Shown here: positions 1 through 9,615 of the stretch, piece after piece
How positions within the stretch are numbered: the first letter of the stretch is position 1
Layout of the letters: each line of letters begins with the position of its first letter
Source: a virus
Taxonomy: Duplodnaviria; Caudoviricetes
Reading direction: 5' to 3' (one strand)
IMG/VR virus record: IMGVR_UViG_3300025383_000009
Length of the DNA stretch: 64,000 nt
Notes under the pieces: generated by a model
Told to the model about the DNA's origin: nothing
Databases searched by the model: none
Seen by the model: only the letters and a program-made list of their open reading frames with translations
Position numbers and translations under genes: made by a program

Positions 1-421
1 ATCCGGTGATGGTCTCACCTACTATGAATGCTGGTAGAAGCTCTGAAGTAAATTGATTTTGAGATGTAGTACCATCATTTTGGCCTGCTATCGTCATGTT
101 TTGACATACGATCTGTGTATCTACAGGATTACGACCATACTGCATGCATACCTTAGCTGTTGCACCAGATGTGCTTCCAGTGATCTTTGTACCTATGGGG
201 AAATCAGTTTGTGTAGGAGTAGTGATGTTGATGATTGAGCCAGTGATCTGTGCTTTAAGATACATACGTTCTGCACCATCAAAGTGGTATTGGTTCCAAT
301 AGTCAAGAGCTTCATCGATACGCTCATTTAGTTGGACATCGTCCACGTTGATTTCAACTACTGGTTCGCCTAGAGCTCTAAGGCAATATTGAGTTAATTC
401 TTCTCTGCTAGTAACGGCCAT
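1..421 (-). CDS. gp13: Neck protein gp13 (N-terminal part; runs off the left edge; absent from the ORF track)
   Basis: Manual translation from ATG at 421: MAVTSREELTQYCLRALGEPVVEINVDDVQLNERIDEALDYWNQYHFDGAERMYLK, matching the T4 gp13 N-terminal pattern (RxLGxP..NVE...ALE....YHFDG). Confidence 0.88.
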   Translation of the reverse strand, partial: MAVTSREELTQYCLRALGEPVVEINVDDVQLNERIDEALDYWNQYHFDGAERMYLKAQITGSIINITTPTQTDFPIGTKITGSTSGATAKVCMQYGRNPVDTQIVCQNMTIAGQNDGTTSQNQFTSELLPAFIVGETITG

Positions 422-445
422 TATACACTTCCTAGTTTATTGTAT

Positions 446-453
446 TATTTATA
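446..453 (-). promoter_or_regulatory. T4-type late promoter TATAAATA upstream of gp13 (a second copy lies at 463-470)
   Basis: Exact TATAAATA on the minus strand about 25 nt upstream of the gp13 start. Confidence 0.7.
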
Positions 454-454
454 A

Positions 455-859
455 CTATAAGGTATTTATAATGGAGTGTATAGAGTAATCATGATCCTGG
501 ATACGAAGGTTATATTTAGTAGGTGGTTCAAATATCTTATCAGTGTCTTCATACTTTGATATGACTACTGTATCCATCCAGATAATAAAGTCAGCATCAA
601 ATATGTCTCTACTTTCTTGTAATGGAGCTATAAAATCTACGATAGTATAGTCATCATCAACATTAGCTAAGTCGGCTAGTCTTTTGGCTTGTCTAATTCG
701 TCCTTCATATGAGAAGTCCCAGTCTTGATATAGAGACCTTATCTTATCAGCATTTAACCATGTGACAGACTTTCCTTCTTGTTTAAGACTAGCCTCAAGT
801 CTACCTGCAAGAGTAGTCTTACCAGATCCAGGAAGACCCATGATTAATATTTTAAACAT
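455..859 (-). CDS. Adenylylsulfate (APS) kinase-like P-loop protein, short form
   Basis: Walker A GLPGSGKTT, LNADKIR (cf. CysC LDGDNIR), FSYEGRIRQAKRL; 134 aa; directly downstream of a sulfotransferase. Confidence 0.72.
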   Translation of the reverse strand: MFKILIMGLPGSGKTTLAGRLEASLKQEGKSVTWLNADKIRSLYQDWDFSYEGRIRQAKRLADLANVDDDYTIVDFIAPLQESRDIFDADFIIWMDTVVISKYEDTDKIFEPPTKYNLRIQDHDYSIHSIINTL

Positions 860-1640
860 ATTGTTTTTCTATCTCAACGAACCTATTGTATAGCTCTTCA
901 CCAAGAACTTCCTTTGCAGGCTTTGATATCTTTTCTAGTTTAGGTCTAATAGTATGTAAACCTTCAAATCCCCAAGCTAATAAGTCATCATCGTTGGTGT
1001 CATTCTGGATATTATTAAAGTCGTACTCATGTTTTGGTAACTCTAAGAATTGTTCTATACGAGCGATCTCATGTTTAGGATCGTTAACTATATCATCGTA
1101 CTTAACAACTATGATCTGATCTGGAACATCTTTCTTGATCTGTTGAGCACCTTCCATACAATCTTTAACCATATTAAACCACATCTCTGCCATCCGATTA
1201 TCATCAGTTGCTGGATAACCTTTTAATATAAGGTTCTTATCAAAGTCTGATTTAGTTTGGTTTTTAATGATAGTTAACCAGCTTGCCATGATACTAGGAA
1301 GATCACGTTCCACTACAATAACCTTGATCTTTTCCCCGAATAAAGCATTGACTGTAGGCATGTTTTTAGCCCATCCACGACCTTTATCTATGATGATTGG
1401 TTCTGACCTATGCTGCCAAAATGCCGGTAATATCGCCTTAGTTAAGTTTCTTGCTTGTTCTTCAAAGTAGTTAGCTTTAACTGTTGGATCCTCTCTCCAC
1501 GCTTCTTGCATCTTTACTGCTACGTTAAGCATAGGAGAAGTAGGAGTTACGTATATCGCTGGGTTTTGGTTAAGTATTGAAGATAAGACTGTTGAGCCAG
1601 ATCTTGGCAATCCCGATAGAAAGTGTAATTTTTGTTTCAT
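852..1640 (-). CDS. PAPS-dependent sulfotransferase family protein
   Basis: FLSGLPRSGSTVL (5'-PSB loop), IIDK, VIVVERDLPSIMASW (3'-PB motif), VKYDDIVNDP. Confidence 0.85.
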   Translation of the reverse strand: MKQKLHFLSGLPRSGSTVLSSILNQNPAIYVTPTSPMLNVAVKMQEAWREDPTVKANYFEEQARNLTKAILPAFWQHRSEPIIIDKGRGWAKNMPTVNALFGEKIKVIVVERDLPSIMASWLTIIKNQTKSDFDKNLILKGYPATDDNRMAEMWFNMVKDCMEGAQQIKKDVPDQIIVVKYDDIVNDPKHEIARIEQFLELPKHEYDFNNIQNDTNDDDLLAWGFEGLHTIRPKLEKISKPAKEVLGEELYNRFVEIEKQYV

Positions 1641-2494
1641 AATATAGACTTGATAGATGAGTGGATTAACTCTCTTTGTTCTGTATTTATAGATGCATTC
1701 CTGTATATGTCTATGAGCTGCGTGCTTATCTTCTTATACCAATCATCATCACGTTTATGATGGTCGACAAATAAACATGCAGCTGGTATATATTTGTCGA
1801 TCTGATTACTATTTTTATAATGATAGAGAAGATACCAAAGGTTCCATGTATTAGTCGGGTTATCTCGATACTCGTCTTCCATCATCTTAACGTATAGTTC
1901 AGGTCTTTCTTTCTTTTGAAAGTCTTGATCATGTACTAAGAATATCTCATCAGCATATAGTTCATTCTCATTACGATCTTTATGTATCCAACTTAGGTGT
2001 TCATAGATGGGTTGGTTCCATGTGTAATCAGCTCTAAGGTGGATCTTGTTAGTAGCTATAAAGTTTGGTGGTCCGACACGAACAGTCTTAGAGTAGATGT
2101 CTAGTCTATCACACGCTATGTTTGTTATAGTAGGTACAGCAGCTATGATGATATCCATCTGTTCACGTGTATTGATAGAGAAGTACTCATCAAGGTCTGG
2201 AGATAAACACCAAGTAACCTCTTCAGGCACCATAGCAAGGTTATGTCTACGAGCAACATCAAACCTCCATGGAGTAAACGTCTTTTGTTCGATGATTAAG
2301 TTTGGATCTTTCTTAGCATACTCTTGTAGTAGTTCCCATGAACCATCAGTAGAACCAGTATCTAACAGGACTCTATAATCATAAGGCTGAGTATAGTACA
2401 TCCATTTTTCAATGAACTTCTTTTCGTTCTTAAGTATAGTATATGCGGCTGTCTTAAACTTTTTCATTACCAAATTTTTCTCTTGCATGATCAA
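1637..2494 (-). CDS. Glycosyltransferase family 2 (SunS/flagellin-glycosyltransferase-like) with helical C-terminus
   Basis: ILKNE..FI, LLDTGSTDGS, WRFDVARRHNL, WCLSPDLDE (DxD), PIYEHL. Confidence 0.8.
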   Translation of the reverse strand: MIMQEKNLVMKKFKTAAYTILKNEKKFIEKWMYYTQPYDYRVLLDTGSTDGSWELLQEYAKKDPNLIIEQKTFTPWRFDVARRHNLAMVPEEVTWCLSPDLDEYFSINTREQMDIIIAAVPTITNIACDRLDIYSKTVRVGPPNFIATNKIHLRADYTWNQPIYEHLSWIHKDRNENELYADEIFLVHDQDFQKKERPELYVKMMEDEYRDNPTNTWNLWYLLYHYKNSNQIDKYIPAACLFVDHHKRDDDWYKKISTQLIDIYRNASINTEQRELIHSSIKSIL

Positions 2495-2831
2495 TTAATG
2501 AAGGATGATGACCCTTACGACAATCAAACTGTCGACATGATATTGGTCTATAACTATATATAGAACATTTCCCATCTATAAACATACCACAACCGCCCTC
2601 TTTCTTACGATACAGTGTGACTATAGGCCCGACTTGTGAGTTGTCAGCTCTATGCTGGTCAGTGGGGTTAATGAAGCTTAAAGGGTATAATCCAGAAGCT
2701 ATCTCTTCAGGTGTTAAGTATGGTGTTAACTTCTCACAACACAGTGAGCATGTACCACATGGCACATCTTCTATAGGCTCATCAGAACCTACTGAAGTTA
2801 AGTTGATGTTTATGATCTTATAACTATGCAT
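2454..2831 (-). CDS. YkgJ-family cysteine-cluster protein (CxxCxxCC; FliB-like putative Fe-S/Zn protein)
   Basis: PCGTCSLCC...GCGMF...KCSIYSYRPISCRQFDC. Confidence 0.75.
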   Translation of the reverse strand: MHSYKIININLTSVGSDEPIEDVPCGTCSLCCEKLTPYLTPEEIASGLYPLSFINPTDQHRADNSQVGPIVTLYRKKEGGCGMFIDGKCSIYSYRPISCRQFDCRKGHHPSLIDHAREKFGNEKV

Positions 2832-3444
2832 CTTGTTTTATAAAGAATACTTGTGTTAATCGGCCATCTTGTAAGGTGTCTCCAAAATAATCATTCGACT
2901 TATGATACGTATTACCTGGATAAAGTACTAACCTATTGAAAACGTTTCCTATAACATCTATAGGTTCAAATAGATCTTGATATAGCTGCGTATTTTCTAC
3001 CCTATTAATGGTCTTAAGCGTGTTATAACCTTCACCAGTTGACATATATGACTGCCATCTTTGTTCGTCTTTACACCTATAAAGTGATGTTCCTGAAGAT
3101 ACAGGCGCATCTGGATTAAGATACAGTATAGCGGCAAGATCCGTATCGTTGTCTTGATGAACCCAACTATCACCATCATCTTTTGTAGTTAGTTGAAAAT
3201 ACGATCGAATCGATACGTTAGTTAAGCCAAAGTGTTTATTAGCAAGACTAGCTATGTTTGTTAATACAGTGTTAGCATATATCTGGTCCAGATCCATCAC
3301 GTGTTTCGTTCTTTTTCCTGGCCAATCAGTGTGTTTACCATACATCTCTGTAAATTCTTTAGAATCATAAAATTGTTGGTTGATCGCCCATGTCCTAACT
3401 TGATTAGGAAACATTATGAAGTTATCAATGATCATCACACTCAT
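2824..3444 (-). CDS. 2OG-Fe(II) oxygenase-like protein (DUF6445-like)
   Basis: SWVHQD (HxD), AAILYLNP, FNRLVLYPGNTYHKS (distal His), GRLTQVFF. Confidence 0.7.
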   Translation of the reverse strand: MSVMIIDNFIMFPNQVRTWAINQQFYDSKEFTEMYGKHTDWPGKRTKHVMDLDQIYANTVLTNIASLANKHFGLTNVSIRSYFQLTTKDDGDSWVHQDNDTDLAAILYLNPDAPVSSGTSLYRCKDEQRWQSYMSTGEGYNTLKTINRVENTQLYQDLFEPIDVIGNVFNRLVLYPGNTYHKSNDYFGDTLQDGRLTQVFFIKQDA

Positions 3445-4133
3445 CTTAGTTCCTTTATTAATAAGTCTGCTACTTTAATATGCTCTTCCTTTGTCCAATA
3501 TTCTTTATCAGTATCTTTTCCAGCGATACCTCTAGAAGCGTTTAGTAAGTTTGTACCTCTTAGTATATAGTTTGGTACATCTGTAAAAACATCATCATCA
3601 CACTGATCACACCATACATCAAATGCTAACCATCTACATTCAGATTTATCTAGTATATTTTGGCAAGAAGTAAACATGACCTTAAACATCTCTTTATACC
3701 ATGCTTCTGAATTAAACGGTCCATATGCACCCCACATAAATTGTTTTGCATATGGACATGTGGTTGAGTCCATAAGATGGTATGACATGCGCTTAGTCTT
3801 TATACCATCATCTTCATTCATGTCAGTTATCCTATAATGGATATCAGGATGACTTGGTATACTATCATAATCATCAGCTAACCCAAATTCAAACCTTGTA
3901 GGAGCTGTCCATCCTATCAACACGATATCGTCTTTTGTTAGGTTTAAAGACTGTAGTTTTCTAGCTATACGCCAGTTACTAGATGCTGGCAAAGAGAAGT
4001 CTGTAAGCGGTTGACCTAACTTATCAGCAAGCACTGATGGCCATATCAATCGTTTTTGTTCCTCATCGTTTATACTTGCATCTATATAGAAGTTCCAGCC
4101 CCATGTATAGCTATCACCAAAAGTATATATCAT
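3441..4133 (-). CDS. SGNH/GDSL-like hydrolase fold protein (possible sugar acyl esterase/transferase)
   Basis: N-terminal YTFGDSYTWG (GDS motif), WPSVLA, SSNWRIAR, DIVLIGWT. Confidence 0.55.
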   Translation of the reverse strand: MIYTFGDSYTWGWNFYIDASINDEEQKRLIWPSVLADKLGQPLTDFSLPASSNWRIARKLQSLNLTKDDIVLIGWTAPTRFEFGLADDYDSIPSHPDIHYRITDMNEDDGIKTKRMSYHLMDSTTCPYAKQFMWGAYGPFNSEAWYKEMFKVMFTSCQNILDKSECRWLAFDVWCDQCDDDVFTDVPNYILRGTNLLNASRGIAGKDTDKEYWTKEEHIKVADLLIKELR

Positions 4134-5428
4134 AGCATGTCTTTTAATTCTTTTAGAGGAGCGTTCCAGTTATCATACTCACGCTGTCTAAGTACGGTTA
4201 AGTTATCACCATACCATTTTGTGTGGTAGCCTAATTTTGCCCACGTATAATAAGTTAGTATAGGTATGATGACTATAGATTCTTTACCTATAGCTCCAGC
4301 CGCATGGATCAAAGATGTGCAACTCGATACGATGATATCCATCTGATTGATATAATCTAATGTATCGTCCCATGTCTTGATCTTGTCTTTCAATGGTATG
4401 ACTCGTGGATGAGTAAAGTCCTCGTCTATATGAAAGGAGTATATCTCATAGTCTTCAGGTATAGAGTCGATCAGCTGTTCGAATGGTATGGTTCTATGTA
4501 AGTCTTGATCATACTTAGGATTTCCCATACACTTGATACCAATTCGTTTCTTGCGGTTATTTGGAAGTAGAGGTGCTTTGTTTAATGGAGTTAAGTATGG
4601 ACCATACCATAGATCGTCTTCTTCTAGGTCTAAGTATGTGGGCGATGGCATAGAGTATGTCCATAGCCAATCATGCGGTATAGCATTGATGTTAGAAACA
4701 GTCTTGAAACCGTTCCTCTCAAATATAGCAGCGATATCTTTTCTATCAGTATACCATATAGGATTCATACCAACATCTTTAAAGTGTTTCATGAACCGTA
4801 CTGATATGATCTCGTCACCTATACCGCCTTCTGCACAGAGGATTATAGTCTTTCCTGGCTGTGGAGTACCTTCCCATAGTTGACTCTTAGGAAATTTAAA
4901 CTCGTGCCAGATATTCAACTTACGACCATCGAGTAACACATGACGAAGGCCTTCTTTAAACTTACCGTTCCTTAAGTCGTATGTTCCTAGGTTAAAGTTG
5001 ACTCTAAAGTTAATATCTTGTGTATGTGGTTCTGTAAGTATCTTGCGAAGGATCTTTTCTCCTTCATCCTTCTTATCAAGCAAAAAGAAACACATGGCTT
5101 TGTCCATCTGGTTTGGATGGTCGTTGGGTTGTTCTTTCTCGTTAATACCCACATACGTTAATGCTTCTATGGGTTTATTTAAGTTGAGGTATGCTCTGAT
5201 GATGTTGACTCGTGCATCAAACTTAGCGTGTGGAGTTTGTACTAATGCATAGATCCTTTCAGCAAGCTCTAACGTATCATTGAACTCTCGAATATCTGCA
5301 TAAAGCTTCCCGATCTGATCGATCTCTTCTATCCGTTGAGCATAAGGCTTTAGTAGATCGAGGACGATCTTAGCTTTGTCAAACTGTTTGAGATGTATAA
5401 AAAACTCAGCTGTTGCTAGGGGATTCAT
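4130..5428 (-). CDS. TPR-repeat protein fused to a GT9-like glycosyltransferase domain
   Basis: Helical TPR-like N-terminal half, then LWEG...AEGGIGDEI..VRF, RIGIKCMGNP, TWDDTLDYINQMDIIVSSCTSLIHAAGAIGK. Confidence 0.72.
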   Translation of the reverse strand: MNPLATAEFFIHLKQFDKAKIVLDLLKPYAQRIEEIDQIGKLYADIREFNDTLELAERIYALVQTPHAKFDARVNIIRAYLNLNKPIEALTYVGINEKEQPNDHPNQMDKAMCFFLLDKKDEGEKILRKILTEPHTQDINFRVNFNLGTYDLRNGKFKEGLRHVLLDGRKLNIWHEFKFPKSQLWEGTPQPGKTIILCAEGGIGDEIISVRFMKHFKDVGMNPIWYTDRKDIAAIFERNGFKTVSNINAIPHDWLWTYSMPSPTYLDLEEDDLWYGPYLTPLNKAPLLPNNRKKRIGIKCMGNPKYDQDLHRTIPFEQLIDSIPEDYEIYSFHIDEDFTHPRVIPLKDKIKTWDDTLDYINQMDIIVSSCTSLIHAAGAIGKESIVIIPILTYYTWAKLGYHTKWYGDNLTVLRQREYDNWNAPLKELKDML

Positions 5429-6116
5429 TAGGTATCACGAAGTAGTTCACGAATATGTCACGCTTAATCTCTTGATGCACACTATGTATCTTGTAGTTAT
5501 TATCTATAAGCCATTGATCAAAGTCTTCATAGTTTTGTTTGGATACTTCTATGAACATCTTTGGTCTACACCTATCGATAGTTTCTTTTAGACCAGCAAG
5601 AGCTACCATCTCCATGCGCTCTACGTCCATCTTAATAAAATTAACATCGATGTCTTTAAACAATGAATCACCTGTTACTACACGGACAGGTTCAAGAGCT
5701 AAATCATTCTCGCTGTCATATAGAGTAGGACTGATGGTCGCTGCACCTAAGTTGTCTTTACCATATATTAAATGTGGGTAACCAACGCACTCTCTATCTC
5801 CCAGTGCTAGTCCAATAAAATCTAAGTTGACGTTATGACAATAGTTCAGAGCTACGTTAGCAAGCAACAACCTATAGGAGCGTGGGACTGGTTCAACGAC
5901 ATAAATGGTCTTAGCGTCTGTGAACTTACTGAAGTAAACAGTATGATTACCGATGTTAGCACCAATGTCTATCAATACTGTATCAGCATCGATGTGCTGC
6001 TTCATGAACTCTAGTTCCTGTATCTCAAAGAACCTATTATTGACTAGATGAGATTGTATGATATCTTTTGGATTATCTAGTATCCATCTCATGTCTTTTT
6101 TGATTTCATAACTCAT
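5406..6116 (-). CDS. FkbM-family SAM-dependent methyltransferase
   Basis: IDIGANIGNH, VVEPVP, FIKMDVERME, RPKMFIEV. Confidence 0.88.
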   Translation of the reverse strand: MSYEIKKDMRWILDNPKDIIQSHLVNNRFFEIQELEFMKQHIDADTVLIDIGANIGNHTVYFSKFTDAKTIYVVEPVPRSYRLLLANVALNYCHNVNLDFIGLALGDRECVGYPHLIYGKDNLGAATISPTLYDSENDLALEPVRVVTGDSLFKDIDVNFIKMDVERMEMVALAGLKETIDRCRPKMFIEVSKQNYEDFDQWLIDNNYKIHSVHQEIKRDIFVNYFVIPNESPSNS

Positions 6117-6676
6117 CGTGTACTCACCTTTTCTTTATTAACGTACCACTTGATATGGTACTCAACGACTACATTATTAAACGTCCTTGCTGTATAGTCA
6201 CACTGTTCTTCAGTCATCTCTTTAAATCTTGGTAACCAATACTCGTCTAACACTGGTTGATAATCTAATACATACATGTCTACATTATATATGAACCCTA
6301 TTGGTGTCTCAGTTCCACCCGCATCCATGTCTTTTTGGTTTCGTGTCTTAGAGAACATATCAAGGGTATGTGGATAGATAGGACGCCTGTGTGTGGGGTC
6401 TATGAGGAAAGTATCATGGTTGGGGTGTGGGACATGGACATCGATGATCGTGCCGTGCTTACATACTCGGTATAGCTCTTGTACGCAGTTGAAGAACCCT
6501 TGACCAAGGTGTTCTAGGATATGATGTGCTATGACTCCATCAATAGAGTCATCATCAAATGGGAGTCTTTCATTCTCGATATCGACAACAAAGTCTGGAT
6601 TAGATCCAGCATCGATGTCTATATTCAAGTAACCAGGATATCGTTTAGTACCAGAACCAAGATTTATCTTCATCAT
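6113..6676 (-). CDS. Class I SAM-dependent methyltransferase (Methyltransf_11-like)
   Basis: KINLGSG..YLNID, LPFDDDSIDGVIAHHILEHL, ELYRVCKHG. Confidence 0.82.
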   Translation of the reverse strand: MMKINLGSGTKRYPGYLNIDIDAGSNPDFVVDIENERLPFDDDSIDGVIAHHILEHLGQGFFNCVQELYRVCKHGTIIDVHVPHPNHDTFLIDPTHRRPIYPHTLDMFSKTRNQKDMDAGGTETPIGFIYNVDMYVLDYQPVLDEYWLPRFKEMTEEQCDYTARTFNNVVVEYHIKWYVNKEKVSTR

Positions 6677-6692
6677 TCACCTTTTATTTCAT

Positions 6693-6730
6693 ATTATATA
6701 CCATATTATATATAATGTAAAATTATTTAT
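6693..6730 (-). promoter_or_regulatory. Composite promoter: late-type CATAAATA overlapping a sigma70-type TTTACA-N17-TATAAT
   Basis: -35 TTTACA at 6721-6716, 17-nt spacer, -10 TATAAT at 6698-6693; heads the 6676-to-455 enzyme cassette. Confidence 0.65.
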
Positions 6731-7911
6731 GTGATGCTTGTTAACGCGGCCATATGACTATAAAATTTTCCAGATCCCACCGACTTCCAGTTAGTACCAC
6801 CCGCGACAGTCTGGACTGGGCTGGATCTATGAGTTGTAGTATTATCACCTAGTGTACCATTACTGTTGTTACCCCAGGTCCATAATGTGCCATCTGTCTT
6901 GATGGCTGCTGAGTAATAAGCACCACATGCTACTAGTTTCCAGTTAGTACCACCAGCAACAGTCTGGATTGGACTGGATCTATGGACTAAAGTATTGTCA
7001 CCTAGTGTACCATAGCCATAATAATTACCTCCCCAGAGCCATAATGTGCCATCTGTCTTGATGGCTGCTGTATGATAGGATCCACATGCTACTAGGTTCC
7101 AGTTAGTGCCACCTGCGACGGTCTGGATAGGACTAGATCTATGGACTTTAGTATTGTCACCTAGTTGACCAGCGTTATTATCACCCCAAAGCCATAAAGT
7201 ACCATCAGTCTTAACAGCCGCTGTATAAGTTGATCCACACGCAACCTGTTTCCAATTAGTGCCACCAGCTACGGTTTGGATAGGACTAGATACAAGGGTT
7301 GTAGTATTGTTACCTAGTTGACCATAGCTACCAAGCCCCCATGTCCATAGCGTACCGTCTGTCTTAATGGCTGTTGTAAAATTGCTTCCAGCTGCGACTT
7401 GTTTCCAGATAGCTCCACCGGCTACTGTTTGAACCGGACTAGATTTACGAACACTCGTATTGTCACCCAGTTGACCAAAGGGGTTCTGTCCCCAAGTCCA
7501 TAGTGTGCCATCAGTCTTGATGGCTGCTGTATATAAAGATCCACAAGCCACTTGTTTCCAGTTAGTGCCACCAGAAACAGTCTGGACAGGACTGGATCTA
7601 TGGGTTATGGTATTGTCACCTAGTCCACCATAGCTGTTTTGTCCCCAAAGCCATAGTGTACCGTCTGTCTTGATGGATGATGTATGATATTGTCCACCTG
7701 CTACTAGTTTCCAAATAGTACTACCAGCAATAGTTTGGACTGGACTAGATCTAGGAGTTGTAGTATTGTCACCTAAAGTTCCAATGTTGAAGTTATATCC
7801 CCAAAGCCATAAACCCGCATCAGAGAACAAGTTGATGTTGACAAAGGCATCAGCGAAGTCTGCTGGATATCCGCCGTTATTAAACTTAAAGTTAGTTGGG
7901 TTCTTTGCCAT
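6727..7911 (-). CDS. RCC1/BLIP-II-type seven-bladed beta-propeller protein (copy 1)
   Basis: About 7 tandem ~52-aa repeats of consensus SSPVQTVAGGTNWKQVAxGxxxTAAIKTDGTLWxWGxNxxGxLGDNT. Confidence 0.85.
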   Translation of the reverse strand: MAKNPTNFKFNNGGYPADFADAFVNINLFSDAGLWLWGYNFNIGTLGDNTTTPRSSPVQTIAGSTIWKLVAGGQYHTSSIKTDGTLWLWGQNSYGGLGDNTITHRSSPVQTVSGGTNWKQVACGSLYTAAIKTDGTLWTWGQNPFGQLGDNTSVRKSSPVQTVAGGAIWKQVAAGSNFTTAIKTDGTLWTWGLGSYGQLGNNTTTLVSSPIQTVAGGTNWKQVACGSTYTAAVKTDGTLWLWGDNNAGQLGDNTKVHRSSPIQTVAGGTNWNLVACGSYHTAAIKTDGTLWLWGGNYYGYGTLGDNTLVHRSSPIQTVAGGTNWKLVACGAYYSAAIKTDGTLWTWGNNSNGTLGDNTTTHRSSPVQTVAGGTNWKSVGSGKFYSHMAALTSIT

Positions 7912-8404
7912 CTTTTTCTCTTAACCTAAATGTTTGTATTAGTCCTGAGTCAAACGAATGAAACAGCCATGGTCTAAACATCACGCCTTGTCCTGGTTTT
8001 AATAAGTAGTTTATCGTTAAGTCCCATGCAAATAAATCTCTGTAAGGTAACTCATGCCCTTCTAATGCGTTCTTTGGACCTTTCAAGCTCTCGTATACGT
8101 TGAAGGTACTGTTATCAAGAGCTACAGCAAACACCCATTCATTTAGTGTATCAAAGCCCTCAAAGTGTATGAATAAGCTAGGATACCTAAACCTACCCGA
8201 GTATTCCTCTAACACTTCTACCTCTGCACCTAGTATAGCACTAAACTGTTCGTTGGCATCAGGCGCTATCAGGTAAAATTCTGGTATCTCCTTACCAAAC
8301 TCTGACTCTTTGTACTGGAGATCTCGCACACAGTTATGCATCTGTGTCGCTTGGTCCTGATTAAAGAACCCGTCTATAGTAACGATCTTGACCAGAGGAT
8401 GCAT
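7892..8404 (-). CDS. Divergent 2OG-Fe(II) oxygenase-like (DUF6445-like) protein
   Basis: IDGFFN start, VMFRPWLFHS, LIQTF resemble ORF 2824-3444; a canonical HxD is not evident (IHFE). Confidence 0.45.
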   Translation of the reverse strand: MHPLVKIVTIDGFFNQDQATQMHNCVRDLQYKESEFGKEIPEFYLIAPDANEQFSAILGAEVEVLEEYSGRFRYPSLFIHFEGFDTLNEWVFAVALDNSTFNVYESLKGPKNALEGHELPYRDLFAWDLTINYLLKPGQGVMFRPWLFHSFDSGLIQTFRLREKDGKEPN

Positions 8405-9612
8405 TACATGTCGTCCATCGAGTCATCACGGATGCATGCTGTATGATAGACTCCAGCTGTCACTAGTATCCAGTTAGTGCCACCTGAAACAGTCTGGATA
8501 GGACTGGATCTATGGACTATACTAGAACCATCACCTAGTTGACCTTGGCTGTTATGTCCCCAGGTCCATAGTGTACCATCTGTCTTGATGGCTGCTGTAT
8601 GATAGAATCCACTCGCTACTTGTTTCCAGTTAGTACCACTAGCAATAGTCTGGACAGGACTGGATTTAGCGGCTGCAGTATTATCACCTAGTTGACCATA
8701 GGTGTTATATCCCCAGAGCCATAGTGTACCGTCAGTCTTGATGGATATTGTATAATACCGTCCACATGCCACCTGTTTCCAATTAGTACCACCGGCAACA
8801 GTCTGGATAGGACTGGATTTAGCGGCTGCAGTATTATCACCTAGTGCTCCATAGAAGTTATTTCCCCAGGTCCATAGTGTACCATCGGTCTTGATGCATG
8901 CTGTATGATAGGTTCCACCTGCCACCTGTTTCCAGTTAGTACCACCAGCAACAGTCTGGACAGGACTGGATTTAGGAACTGTAGTATTATCACCTAGTTG
9001 ACCATAGGTGTTATATCCCCAGAGCCATAAGGTACCGTCTGTCTTGATGCATGCTGTATGATATTGTCCACCCGCCACTTGTTTCCAGTTAGTACCACCA
9101 GCAACAGTCTGGACAGGACTGGATTTAGCGGCTGCAGTATTATCACCTAGTGCACCAACGCCGTTATGTCCCCAGGTCCATAGGGTACCGTCTGTCTTGA
9201 TGCATGCTGTATGATAGTAACCGCCCGCCACTTGTTTCCAGTTAGTACCACCAGCAATAGTCTGGATAGGACTGGATCTATGGACTATACTAGAACCATC
9301 ACCTAGTTGACCATAGGCGTTCTGTCCCCAGGTCCATAGTGTACCATCGGTCTTGATGCATGCTGTATGACCGTAGCCACCCGCCACCTGTTTCCAGTTA
9401 GTACCACCAGCAACAGTCTGGACAGGACTGGATTTAGCGGCCGCAGTATTATCACCTAGTGCACCAAGGGAGTTAAATCCCCAGAGCCACAACCCAGCAA
9501 ACCTGAAAGTATCGACTAGTTCAGGATACCTGTCTATGAGGTATGACTTCTCGACCAATGTTGACCCGATGTCAATACCGGCACTATTCTTATAGTTGGT
9601 GGTTAATCCCAT
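8404..9612 (-). CDS. RCC1/BLIP-II-type beta-propeller protein (copy 2)
   Basis: Same ~52-aa repeat, about 7 copies, after a unique ~38-aa N-terminus. Confidence 0.85.
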   Translation of the reverse strand: MGLTTNYKNSAGIDIGSTLVEKSYLIDRYPELVDTFRFAGLWLWGFNSLGALGDNTAAAKSSPVQTVAGGTNWKQVAGGYGHTACIKTDGTLWTWGQNAYGQLGDGSSIVHRSSPIQTIAGGTNWKQVAGGYYHTACIKTDGTLWTWGHNGVGALGDNTAAAKSSPVQTVAGGTNWKQVAGGQYHTACIKTDGTLWLWGYNTYGQLGDNTTVPKSSPVQTVAGGTNWKQVAGGTYHTACIKTDGTLWTWGNNFYGALGDNTAAAKSSPIQTVAGGTNWKQVACGRYYTISIKTDGTLWLWGYNTYGQLGDNTAAAKSSPVQTIASGTNWKQVASGFYHTAAIKTDGTLWTWGHNSQGQLGDGSSIVHRSSPIQTVSGGTNWILVTAGVYHTACIRDDSMDDM

Positions 9613-9615
9613 GGT

